DNA of 57,351 nt from an uncultured bacterium. GTDB taxonomy: Bacteria > UBA8481. The stretch covers positions 1-57,351 of the forward strand of contig CAZWVM010000003.1 of the NCBI GenBank assembly GCA_964637705.1, read 5' to 3'. Under the pieces are notes generated by a model that worked only from the letters and a program-made list of their open reading frames with translations, did not search any database and was not told where the DNA came from. The position numbers and the translations under genes were made by a program. This document shows positions 9,417-18,049 of this stretch, piece after piece; position 1 is the first letter of the stretch, and each line of letters starts with the position of its first letter.

Positions 9417-9532
9417 ATCGCCGCCCTCGGACCCGCTCGCTCTTCGCTTGTCACCGCGACTTCGCGCATTATAGTTTTCCGGTGGAACTCATCGACGGCA
9501 GACGCATTTCCCGCGGCGCGGATCGCGCGTGA
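9413..9532 (+). CDS. Putative 39-aa small ORF, translationally coupled on both sides
   Basis: MNRRPRTRSLFACHRDFAHYSFPVELIDGRRISRGADRA; ATGA overlap with the upstream stop and GTGA overlap with the downstream start; mostly G/C-ending codons. Confidence 0.4.
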   Translation: MNRRPRTRSLFACHRDFAHYSFPVELIDGRRISRGADRA

Positions 9533-10590
9533 GCGACGGCACAGTGTCCGACCCCGCGGTCCCGCGGATCGAGCGGCCGGATTTCCTGCTCCACCTGGCC
9601 CGGCTCTTCGCCCGCGTGCGGTGCACCGAGCGTGAGCTGGATCTCTTCGGCGCGGCCGCGACGGCGCGCCTCGCCGTGGCCTTCTGCGCCCCGTCGGACA
9701 CCCGGATCGTGAACGTCTACGACGGCACCCGGCAGGGCGAAGACTTCCACGGCCGCGTGGTGCTCTCCCCCGACCGCCTCGCCGAGGGGCCGCGCGAGCG
9801 TCCGGTCGTCATCGCCAGTTCGCGCCTCCCTGCGGACCTGGAGTCGATCGCCGCTCTCATCGCTGCCCGTGGAAGAAAGCCCCGGTTCCTGCACGAGGTC
9901 TTCCAGGTCGAGGAGCCGGTCTTCTCAAGCGTCCTGGAGCTACTGCCCCCCGACATGAAGAAACACCTCATCGCGCGCTTTCCCGGCCGGATCTGGGACG
10001 AGGCGGGAACTCATTTCTACGACCGTGGCCAGTACCCCGCCGACCCCGTCCTGCGCGCGGAATTCGTCGCCCGCGACGAGGCCTTCGTCGGCCTGTATGC
10101 CGATACGGTCGCTTCCCTGGGCGTTTCGAGCGCCCTCGAGATCGGATGCGGAATGGGGCGGCACCTGCGCCGCCTGAGAACCTGTCCGGGACTCTCCCGC
10201 GTCGCCGGGATCGATCCGTCGATGAAGATGCTGAAGCGTTCCGGGGAGACGCTCGTCGGTTGCGCCGACGCGGTCCGTCTTCCCTTCCCGGACCGCAGCT
10301 TCGACCTCGTCTTCACGGCCGGGGGCGTGCTCCAGCACCTGCCTCACGAGAAGCAACTCCCCGCTCTCCGCGAGATGATCCGCGTCGCGCGACGGCACAT
10401 CCTCCTGTGGGAATCCGGCATTCCTTCCGGTCGAGAGGCCGAGGGATACAAGTTCCACCGGGACTGGGCGGCGCTGGCGCAGTCGACGGGATTGAGTTGC
10501 CGGCGGGTTCCCGTCTCCCCGGAAGCTCATCCGATGCCGGAGACGCCGGAACAGTTCTACTTCCTCAGGATCGACCTCGGCGGATCCTAG
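9529..10590 (+). CDS. Class I SAM methyltransferase with N-terminal Rossmann-like accessory domain
   Basis: ALEIGCGMG, GIDPS and LPFPDRSFDLVFT motifs; N-terminal LDLFGAAATA...VVLSPDRL...VVIASS segment. Confidence 0.85.
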   Translation: MSDGTVSDPAVPRIERPDFLLHLARLFARVRCTERELDLFGAAATARLAVAFCAPSDTRIVNVYDGTRQGEDFHGRVVLSPDRLAEGPRERPVVIASSRLPADLESIAALIAARGRKPRFLHEVFQVEEPVFSSVLELLPPDMKKHLIARFPGRIWDEAGTHFYDRGQYPADPVLRAEFVARDEAFVGLYADTVASLGVSSALEIGCGMGRHLRRLRTCPGLSRVAGIDPSMKMLKRSGETLVGCADAVRLPFPDRSFDLVFTAGGVLQHLPHEKQLPALREMIRVARRHILLWESGIPSGREAEGYKFHRDWAALAQSTGLSCRRVPVSPEAHPMPETPEQFYFLRIDLGGS

Positions 10591-11798
10591 TTCCCGTCGC
10601 CGGTCGATCCGCCCCGGCGCCCCGCGATTCGTTCCAGGTGAAACCGAGCTCCTCCGGAGTGGAGGCAGGAGGGAGGCTGGTCGAGGGCGAGGATGTGCCC
10701 GAAGAGCCTTCTTGCCTCGACCACGTCGCCCTGTTGCTCGTGCAGCGAGGCCCGGTAGTAGTCGGCCCAGAGCATGGCGCGCTCCGGCGCCTCGATCCTC
10801 GAGTCGCTCCGCGCCGCTTCGTGCGCCAGCTCATGCAGCCGCGACATTTCCGCCTCGTCGCGATCCCGCCACGCGAAACGCATCAGGTCGCGGACGGCGT
10901 CCAGCCGCACGGGGACGCTCGCGGCCGATGACGCCACGGTGCGCAGGAACTCGCGGCCCCGGTCCAGGTCTCCCGTCCTGATCGCCAGGAGTCCCTTGAT
11001 CCAGGTCACGATCTCCCGAGAAACCCGGGGTTCCTCGATCCGCGCGTCGATCAACGACCGCAGGACGTCCGGGTCGGGATTCTCGTCGTTGCCGAGCCGG
11101 TAGGACTCACCCAGCCAGGAACATCCCATGCTCAGGAGGCGCCCGCTCCATTCCCGGTGAAACATCCGGAGCCGCGATACGCTCTTGGACCCGGGATGCA
11201 GGCGGAAGTCGGTCCATGTCTCCGGGATGATGACCATGCGCGACGAAGCCAGGAGCCTCGTGTAGAGCTCCTGGTCCATGCAGTAATTCAACTCGGGCGC
11301 CAGGCCGCCGCAGCGCCGGAAAGACTCGAGCGTGAACCATGTCGAGGGCTGAGAGAGGTAGTAGCGGAAATAGACCATGGCCGCGTCCGTGGGCATGGCC
11401 TGGAGCCCGCCCGTCACGCGTCCCTCGGCGTCGATGTAGCGCCCGTCGCCGGCGACAACGTCCGCGTCCGGGTGGCGCGCGAAGGCCGCCGCGATCCGCT
11501 CGAGGCAACCCGAGAGGAGTCGCTCGTCGGCGTTGATCCAGTTGGCGTAGCGCCCGGAGACCCGGCTGAATCCCTTGACCAGGGCCTCGCCCTGCCCGCG
11601 GTCCGCGCCGGGCAGAAGGGTCAGCCCCTCCTGAGAAGAGAGGTACTCGAGCGTGCCGTCGGTCGAACCGCCGTCGCAGACGATGTGCTCGAGGGACACG
11701 CCCTGCGCCCGGATGCTCTCAACGCACTCCCGTATGAACGGCATGCCGTTGAGGACCGGCGTGACGATGGAGAAGAGAGGACTCTCCCCGGCCGTCAT
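10587..11798 (-). CDS. GT2 glycosyltransferase with helical (TPR-like) C-terminus
   Basis: FSIVTPVLN, CDGGSTDGT, WINADE, QPSTWF and MDQEL motifs; ATGA overlap at 11795-11798. Confidence 0.87.
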   Translation of the reverse strand: MTAGESPLFSIVTPVLNGMPFIRECVESIRAQGVSLEHIVCDGGSTDGTLEYLSSQEGLTLLPGADRGQGEALVKGFSRVSGRYANWINADERLLSGCLERIAAAFARHPDADVVAGDGRYIDAEGRVTGGLQAMPTDAAMVYFRYYLSQPSTWFTLESFRRCGGLAPELNYCMDQELYTRLLASSRMVIIPETWTDFRLHPGSKSVSRLRMFHREWSGRLLSMGCSWLGESYRLGNDENPDPDVLRSLIDARIEEPRVSREIVTWIKGLLAIRTGDLDRGREFLRTVASSAASVPVRLDAVRDLMRFAWRDRDEAEMSRLHELAHEAARSDSRIEAPERAMLWADYYRASLHEQQGDVVEARRLFGHILALDQPPSCLHSGGARFHLERIAGRRGGSTGDGN

Positions 11799-12505
11799 GC
11801 CGCTCCCTCCGCCAGCACGCGCGGGAGCGATTCGGCGACGTAACAGGCGAAGAGGTTCTCGCCCACCGCATTCGGATGCCGGTCCGCCGGCGAAACCTGG
11901 ACGTCCCGTTCCTGGTACACCGAGAGACGGTCGTTGAACCCGAGCAGCACCCGCGTGCGCTGCCCGTTCAGCGTCGCCAGCCGCCGCTCGAAGTGGCGGC
12001 GCAACCCGTACAGCCCGATGTCCCAGAAGACGCAAACGTAGCGATGTCCTCCCGCCTCGACGGCTTCCGCGAAGTCCCCCAGCAGGGCGAGGTCCTCTTC
12101 GATCCCCTCGCGGTAGCTCTTCTCGCCGAAGAAGAGCGCGCGGTAGATCCTCTCGAACGGGCCGGCCAGGGACGGCATCATCCCGCGAACCCAGGCGAGA
12201 CGCTCGAGAAAGACGGAGAATTCCTCCAAGGCCGCCGGGAGGGAATCCTTCAGCCTCCAGCGGCGCAAGGCGCTCCAGTGCCGAACCGCGTCGGCATCGG
12301 GGTAGACGTGGATGACGAGCGTCGGCGGAGCGCCGTCGAGCGCGGCCCGGGCCGGGGGCAGGATCTGCCGGAGGCCGCCCCCCGGGAAGCCGAGCCGTTC
12401 GACGGCCGGCGCGGCGGGCAGGATCTCGCGAATCCGCTCGCCGATCCTTTTCGCCAGGGATTCCGTCGCGAAGGAATCTCCGATGAAGAGGACCCGCCCG
12501 TGCAT
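11795..12505 (-). CDS. SGNH/GDSL hydrolase-family protein
   Basis: LFIGDSF (block I) and DRHPN (block V DxH). Start at 12505 preferred; 12538 is an alternative. Confidence 0.75.
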   Translation of the reverse strand: MHGRVLFIGDSFATESLAKRIGERIREILPAAPAVERLGFPGGGLRQILPPARAALDGAPPTLVIHVYPDADAVRHWSALRRWRLKDSLPAALEEFSVFLERLAWVRGMMPSLAGPFERIYRALFFGEKSYREGIEEDLALLGDFAEAVEAGGHRYVCVFWDIGLYGLRRHFERRLATLNGQRTRVLLGFNDRLSVYQERDVQVSPADRHPNAVGENLFACYVAESLPRVLAEGAA

Positions 12506-12524
12506 GAAGGCCCCGCGGACCGGA

Positions 12525-12656
12525 TCAGTCGATGTCATAGACGAAATCCTTGGGCTGCTCGGCGATGCGGCCGCGCCGCATCAGGAACCGGAACGGGAGG
12601 AGGAGAAGGAGAACCATGAAGATCGTCGCGCGCAGGATCATCTCCTTAGAGACCAT
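12525..12656 (-). CDS. Small membrane protein (43 aa), SxtJ/SxtK-like by context
   Basis: Translated manually: MVSKEMILRATIFMVLLLLPFRFLMRRGRIAEQPKDFVYDID. One hydrophobic helix followed by a basic patch; lies between a carbamoyltransferase and an SGNH gene. Confidence 0.6.
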   Translation of the reverse strand: MVSKEMILRATIFMVLLLLLPFRFLMRRGRIAEQPKDFVYDID

Positions 12657-12825
12657 CTACAAAACCCCTTCGTCGCGAGACCGAGCGAGATGCCGCCCGG
12701 CGAGGCCGCAGGGGCAAAACGCTCGGAAACGCAGTCTTGTCCTGCGTTGAGAACGTTTTGCCCCGAGAACGAAGTCGGGCGGCGTCATAGCCGGTCGCAG
12801 CAGAAGGGGTTTTGCAGATGGTCTC
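12649..12825. mobile_element. MITE-like element, 177 bp, with 23-bp terminal inverted repeats and a 3-bp TTA direct repeat
   Basis: Left end GAGACCATCTACAAAACCCCTTC; right end (reverse complement) GAGACCATCTGCAAAACCCCTTC, one mismatch. TTA at 12646-12648 and 12826-12828. Nested IR GGGGCAAAACG at 12711-12721/12754-12764. No transposase. Confidence 0.85.
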
Positions 12826-14583
12826 TTAATCCTCATAGAGCACCGGATCCGCGGATCGGGCCGCCGGGTGATCCCGGTTGGCCGCCTTCTCGACGAGGAT
12901 GCGGCCCATGACCAGGGCGTCGATGTCGGTCTTCATCAGGCAGCGGAAGGCGTCGTGGGGCACGCAGACGATCGGCTCGCCCCTCACGTTGAAGGAGGTG
13001 TTGATGACGACCGGCACGCCGGTTCGATCGGCGAACGATCGGATCAGGGCATGGAAGAGCGGGTTGCTCTCTTTCGTCACCGCGTGGAGGCGCCCCGTGC
13101 CGTCGACGTGCGTCACCGCGGGAATCTCCGCCCGCTTCTCCTCCCGCACGGGATAGACCATCAGCATGTACTCGCAGGGCTCGGTGACGGCCCCGGGAAT
13201 CTCGAAGTAGTCCGCGACGCGTTCGGCGAGGATCGAGGGGGCGAAGGGCCGAAAAGCCTCGCGGTGCTTCACCTTCTCGTTCAGGATCTCCTTCATCTCG
13301 GCGCGCCGAGGGTCGGCGAGGATGGAGCGGTAGCCGAGCGACCGCGGCCCCCACTCCATGCCGCCCTGGAACCACCCGACCACCTCGCCCTCCGCCAGTC
13401 GTCGCGCCGCCTCGGACGCCGCCGCGGCGTCGTCCGGCAGCACCCGGTGCGCGATCCCTTCGGCGCGGCAGTACGCGGCGACCTGTTCGTCGGTGAAGGC
13501 GGGGCCGAGCGGGATGCGCATGCGGTGGCGGGGACAGGAACGATCGAGCCGGTGGTTCAGGGCGAGCGCCGCGCCGATGGCGCCCCCGTCGTCGCCGGGA
13601 GCCGGCGGGACGAAGAGATCCCGGAACGGCGTCGCAGAGAGGATCCGGGCGTTGGCGACGCTGTTCAACGCCACGCCGCCCGCGAAGCAGAGATGCGCGA
13701 GCCCGGTCATCTCGTGGGCGCCGCGCGCCACGTGCAGGACGGCCCGCTCCAGCGCGCGCTGGAGGGAACAGGCGAGGTTCTGGTGGTACTCCGTCACCGG
13801 ATCAGCGGCGCGACGCGGCGGGCCGAACAGGGAGATCCACCGGTCGCCGTGCATCCTGTCCTCGCGGAAGAAATCGAAGTAATCGAGATCCAGCGTGAAC
13901 GAGCCGTCGGGATGGAGGGCGAGGATCCGGTCGATGCGATCGGCCTCCGTGTCGCGTCCGTACGCGGAGAGCCCCATCACCTTGTATTCCGCGTTGTTGG
14001 GGCGGAACCCGAGGAACTGCGTGAAGGTCGAGTAGAGGAGGCCGAGGGAGTGGGGAAAGCGGATCTCGCGCAACAATGAGATGGAGTTCTCCCGCGCGCG
14101 GCCGACCGCCGTTGTCGCATACTCGCCCACGCCGTCGATCGTGAGGATCGCGGACTCCCCGAACGCGGACGGGTAGTAGGCGCTGGCCGCGTGGGCCAGG
14201 TGATGGCGGACGGTGTGAACCGGGGCGCGCAGTTCGAGGCGCCGCAGCTCGCGACGGATCGTCCTCTCGATCGGCAGGCGCGTCAGCATCCAGGCCGGCA
14301 GGTTCCCGATGAACTTTCGCCGTCCGCGCGGGTAGGCCTCGAGGTGCTCCTTCAGGATCCGCTCGAACTTGACGTAAGGCGTCTCGTAGAAGGCGACGGC
14401 GTCGATCCCGTCGGCGTCCAGCCCGGCCTGGTCGAGGGAACGGAGGACTGCCTGGACGGGAAAGCGTATGTCGTGCTTCAGGCGCGAGTAGCGCTCCTCC
14501 ATGGAGGCGGCCACGATGCGACCGTCCTCCACGATCGCCGCGGCCGCGTCGTGGTAATAGCAGGAGATGCCGAGGATCCTCAC
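12826..14583 (-). CDS. NodU/CmcH/TobZ-family O-carbamoyltransferase
   Basis: ILGISCYYHDAAAA, EERYSRLKH, HHLAHAASAY, DGVGE, YKVMGL, AGGVALN, EWGPRSLGYRS, FRPFAP, HVDGTGR and NTSFNVRGEP motifs. Confidence 0.95.
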   Translation of the reverse strand: MRILGISCYYHDAAAAIVEDGRIVAASMEERYSRLKHDIRFPVQAVLRSLDQAGLDADGIDAVAFYETPYVKFERILKEHLEAYPRGRRKFIGNLPAWMLTRLPIERTIRRELRRLELRAPVHTVRHHLAHAASAYYPSAFGESAILTIDGVGEYATTAVGRARENSISLLREIRFPHSLGLLYSTFTQFLGFRPNNAEYKVMGLSAYGRDTEADRIDRILALHPDGSFTLDLDYFDFFREDRMHGDRWISLFGPPRRAADPVTEYHQNLACSLQRALERAVLHVARGAHEMTGLAHLCFAGGVALNSVANARILSATPFRDLFVPPAPGDDGGAIGAALALNHRLDRSCPRHRMRIPLGPAFTDEQVAAYCRAEGIAHRVLPDDAAAASEAARRLAEGEVVGWFQGGMEWGPRSLGYRSILADPRRAEMKEILNEKVKHREAFRPFAPSILAERVADYFEIPGAVTEPCEYMLMVYPVREEKRAEIPAVTHVDGTGRLHAVTKESNPLFHALIRSFADRTGVPVVINTSFNVRGEPIVCVPHDAFRCLMKTDIDALVMGRILVEKAANRDHPAARSADPVLYED

Positions 14584-15017
14584 CGGACGCGGTCCCAGCT
14601 CGATGACTTGAAGGCGGGCGTCGAGGGAAGAACGCGGAGAACCCGCAGGAGCCGCGCCGCCGTGCCGACGACGACGTCGTAGAACACGCCGATCGCACGG
14701 GCCTCCAGGGCGTCGAGGACCGCCGGGTTGAGGCGGAATCGCCGATAGGTCTCGGCATCGACGACGCGGAGGGGATCGACGCCGAGATCGGCGAGCTGCG
14801 CGCGGATCTCGGCGCCATGCTGGCTCGTGATCACGACGAGGTCGAATTCCCTCTCGAGGATCCCGCGGGGCGAGATCACGGGAATGCCCTCGACGACGCT
14901 CCCGGCCTTCGCGGAGTCCCCGTCGGCGAAGCAGACCACGCGGTCGCCACGGCGGATCCGGCCGAGCGCGGCGCGGCCGGCCGCGCCGGCGCCGTGGAGG
15001 ATCAGCCGTCGTCCCAT
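14580..15017 (-). CDS. Stand-alone Rossmann-like (PglD-N/CapD-N-like) domain protein
   Basis: ILHGAGAAG...FADGDSAKAG...GIPVISP...FDLVVITS; no catalytic partner domain. Confidence 0.7.
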   Translation of the reverse strand: MGRRLILHGAGAAGRAALGRIRRGDRVVCFADGDSAKAGSVVEGIPVISPRGILEREFDLVVITSQHGAEIRAQLADLGVDPLRVVDAETYRRFRLNPAVLDALEARAIGVFYDVVVGTAARLLRVLRVLPSTPAFKSSSWDRVR

Positions 15018-15026
15018 GACCGGGTC

Positions 15027-15710
15027 TTACGCCTTCCGGAAGACGGCGATCGAGTCGCGCTTCACGAGGTCGAGGTCGATCGAGAGGCACTCGTACCCGG
15101 CCGCGCGGATGATCTCCGCCATCCGGGCCTGGTCGTTCCGCGGCCACCAGATATCCGCGTCGGGCAGATCGCGGTAGTTCGCCGGGAGACCGCAATAGGT
15201 CGTCCCCTTCGAGGCCTCCATCTTCACCCAGTCGGCGTACTGGTGGACGCAGACGGCCCCGGCCACGAGCTTCGGGCGCGCGTTCGCGAGGATCTCCTTC
15301 ACATCCTCGGCGTTGTTGTGGCAGAGGACCCCGAACGACCAGAAGACGTCGAAATGATCATCGGGGAAATCGCGGAAGGTATTGTCCGTGACGCGGCGGC
15401 AGACGAGGCGCCCGCCGTAGTTCTCGGGCTTCAGCCACGGTGTCACGTCCTGGAAGTCCGCGGTCTGGACCTCGCCGCGCGCCACGTGCGTGAGGATCGC
15501 CCGCGTCCAGCTGCCGCGCCCCGGCCCCAGTTCCAGGACGCGGGAATCCTCGCGGAGATGAGGGAGGAGCCCCTTGAGGAAGACCTCGCGGTAGGAGCCG
15601 CCGATGACCTCCTCTTCCTTCCGACGGGCCTCGTCCGGCTCGAGCGCCAGCACGTCGCCGCTGTCGTACCCGTACTGAAATTCCTTTTTCAGCCACGACT
15701 GGTCGGGCAT
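15027..15710 (-). CDS. Class I SAM methyltransferase
   Basis: VLELGPGRGSWT and FDVFWSFGVLCH motifs; GGAGG SD before the ATG at 15710. Confidence 0.85.
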   Translation of the reverse strand: MPDQSWLKKEFQYGYDSGDVLALEPDEARRKEEEVIGGSYREVFLKGLLPHLREDSRVLELGPGRGSWTRAILTHVARGEVQTADFQDVTPWLKPENYGGRLVCRRVTDNTFRDFPDDHFDVFWSFGVLCHNNAEDVKEILANARPKLVAGAVCVHQYADWVKMEASKGTTYCGLPANYRDLPDADIWWPRNDQARMAEIIRAAGYECLSIDLDLVKRDSIAVFRKA

Positions 15711-15750
15711 CCCATCCTCCGATTCGATTCTATTCTTATCGGCAGATCCG

Positions 15751-16665
15751 TCATCCCCGTTTTCGGAATGAGGCGTAGAGCGTGTGTCCGCGGCACCGGC
15801 GGCGCACGATCTCGAAACGGAGAAGGGCCTTGAGAATCCTGATGCGGACGGCGCGCAGGCGCGAGGGCGCCGCCCCGGGTCGCCGCGTCCGGTTCGCGTG
15901 GGCCGTGATCCACTCCTCGACGTGATAGGAGGCGAGGGACTCGTGCTTGATCCGCCGCACATCGAGCGAAAAGATCCCGGCCACCGTTCTCATCGTTTTC
16001 TCGCTCCACCGCGTGACATGGTGCGGGGGAGCGTTCAGAAGCCCCCCGGCGGTTCCGGGGAAAGCATCGTTGTCCGGAACCGCGAGGACGAGTCGGCCCC
16101 CCGGTGCCAGGAGACCGAGGCAGGACTCGAGGAATCCCCGGGGGTCCGGCACGTGCTCCAGCACCTGGAAGGAGCAGACCGAGTCGTATTCTCCCGGCTC
16201 GAGAGCGACCTGCTCTTCGACGGAGAGCGTGCGCACGTCGAAACCCAGGGCCGCGGCGGCCGCCGCAGCCGCCGCGTTGGTTTCCAGGCCGTGGATCTCG
16301 TTCTGGTCTTCCCGCTTCAATCGCGCGAGAAACGCGCCGCGCCCGCAACCGATCTCCAGGACGCGCGCGGCCGGATGCAGATCGCGCACGGCCTCGCCGT
16401 ATTCCCACTTCTCGTCCATGTAGTACCAGGGAAAAGCCTGCAGGCAGGTATACAGCGCGGGCGAACCGGGGCACGGCGGATCGTGGAACTCCAGCGCGCA
16501 GTCGAGGCAGAGAAGCCTCTCGATGCGGGACGCGCCCGAGAGGTCGGCCGAGACGTCGATCCCGAATTCGCGATTCCAGCCGGCGACGACGGCCGCGGCC
16601 TCCGTCGAAGCGACGACGCGGGTCCTCTCGGACCGGCACAACGGGCAAGGGCGGGAAGAGCTCAT
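15751..16665 (-). CDS. Class I SAM methyltransferase with N-terminal Zn-binding CxxC pairs
   Basis: CPLC...CLDC, VLEIGCGRG, FQVLEHVPDP and PPHHVTRWS motifs. Confidence 0.88.
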   Translation of the reverse strand: MSSSRPCPLCRSERTRVVASTEAAAVVAGWNREFGIDVSADLSGASRIERLLCLDCALEFHDPPCPGSPALYTCLQAFPWYYMDEKWEYGEAVRDLHPAARVLEIGCGRGAFLARLKREDQNEIHGLETNAAAAAAAAALGFDVRTLSVEEQVALEPGEYDSVCSFQVLEHVPDPRGFLESCLGLLAPGGRLVLAVPDNDAFPGTAGGLLNAPPHHVTRWSEKTMRTVAGIFSLDVRRIKHESLASYHVEEWITAHANRTRRPGAAPSRLRAVRIRILKALLRFEIVRRRCRGHTLYASFRKRG

Positions 16666-16878
16666 ACGATCTTCCCGATGGTAATCGAGGTCGGGGAGAC
16701 TGTCAGGAAGGAATATGCCGGAGCTTTCCCGGGATTGCAGATTCTCTCTGTCGTTTCCGAAGTTCCCGGCGAGATCCCGCGCCCTCTTCGAAACCCTGAC
16801 AATCCTGAATTTTATTGAGAAAACCTGCCGATAACTGTACAAGGCTAAGGAGAGCTGGGAGGTCCACAAGGAGGTCCC

Positions 16879-18018
16879 ATGTCCGTTCAAAAGAAAAACG
16901 GCAGAATCCGCGTCGCCCTCGTGGGCGTCGGAAACTGCGCGTCATCTCTCGTCCAGGGAATCCAGTATTATCGCCGGAAGAGGAACCACGGGTCGGTCGG
17001 CCTGATGCACGAGGTCCTGGGCGGATACCGGCCGCAGGACATCCAGTTCGTCGCCGCCTTCGACATCGACAAGCGCAAGGTCACGAAGGACCTCTCGGAG
17101 GCGATCTTCCAGAAGCCGAACTGCACGACCGTCTTCCAGCCGGAGATCCCCTTTCTCCGGTGCCGCGTCGAGCGCGGTTTCCTCCTCGACGGCGTGGCGC
17201 GGCACATGCTCACCTATCCCGTGGACCGGACCTTCGTCGTGGACGAATTCCTGGACGATTTCTGCTCGAAGGAGGAGGAATCGGACGCGGAGAAGCGGAT
17301 CACGGCTCACCTGAAGGCGAAGCGCGCGGAGGTCCTCCTGAACTTCCTGCCCGTGGGCAGCCAGAAGGCGACGGAGTTCTACATGCGGTGCGCGCTGGCG
17401 GCCGGATGCGCCGTCGTCAACTGCATGCCGGTCTTCATCGCCTCGAACGTCGAGTGGGCGAAGCGATTCGAGAAGGCGGGGCTGCCGATCATCGGAGACG
17501 ACGTGAAGAGCCAGTTCGGCGCCACGATCCTCCACCGCACGATCGCTCGGCTGGTCTCCGAGCGCGGCGGCGCCGTGGACCGGACCTACCAGCTCAACAC
17601 CGGCGGCAACACGGATTTCCTGAACATGCTCAACCGTGACCGCCTCGCCTCGAAGAAGATCTCCAAGACCGAGTCGGTCCAGTCGCAGTTGCCCGTTCCC
17701 CTGGAGGCGGAGAAGATCCACGTCGGACCCTCGGACTACGTGCCGTGGCAGAACGACAACAAGGTCTGCTTCCTCCGCGTCGAGGGGCGTCTCTTCGGCG
17801 ACGTCCCCTTCAACCTCGAGGCGCGCCTCTCGGTCGAGGACTCCCCCAACTCGGCGGGCGTCATGATCGACGCGGTCCGCCTGCTGAAGATCGGCCTCGA
17901 CCGCCGGCTCAAGGGTCCGCTCCTGGCGGCCAGTTCCTACCTGATGAAGCACCCGCCCGTCCAGGCCCCGGACGACGAGGCACGCGAGGCGGTCGAGCGC
18001 TTCATCCGCGGCCGCTGA
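16879..18018 (+). CDS. ino1: myo-inositol-1-phosphate synthase
   Basis: VALVGVGNCASSLVQG, LNFLPVGS, GDDVKSQFGAT, YQLNTGGNTDFLNM, SKKISKT and EDSPNSAG motifs; AAGGAGG SD. Confidence 0.96.
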   Translation: MSVQKKNGRIRVALVGVGNCASSLVQGIQYYRRKRNHGSVGLMHEVLGGYRPQDIQFVAAFDIDKRKVTKDLSEAIFQKPNCTTVFQPEIPFLRCRVERGFLLDGVARHMLTYPVDRTFVVDEFLDDFCSKEEESDAEKRITAHLKAKRAEVLLNFLPVGSQKATEFYMRCALAAGCAVVNCMPVFIASNVEWAKRFEKAGLPIIGDDVKSQFGATILHRTIARLVSERGGAVDRTYQLNTGGNTDFLNMLNRDRLASKKISKTESVQSQLPVPLEAEKIHVGPSDYVPWQNDNKVCFLRVEGRLFGDVPFNLEARLSVEDSPNSAGVMIDAVRLLKIGLDRRLKGPLLAASSYLMKHPPVQAPDDEAREAVERFIRGR

Positions 18019-18049
18019 CGCGGCGGCAACCCGTGACGGTGAGCCCCCG

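Noticed and set aside
12826-15195. ORF-track N-terminal extensions (e.g. 789-aa carbamoyltransferase, 1218-aa at 34431, 850-aa at 29921, 765-aa at 38921)
   Set aside because: The extensions overlap the upstream real gene in another frame; true starts are marked by ATGA/GTGA overlaps and family N-terminal motifs.
16248-16278. Nine-alanine tract in a methyltransferase
   Set aside because: Mixed GCN codons in a normally Ala-rich helix; not a perfect nucleotide repeat.
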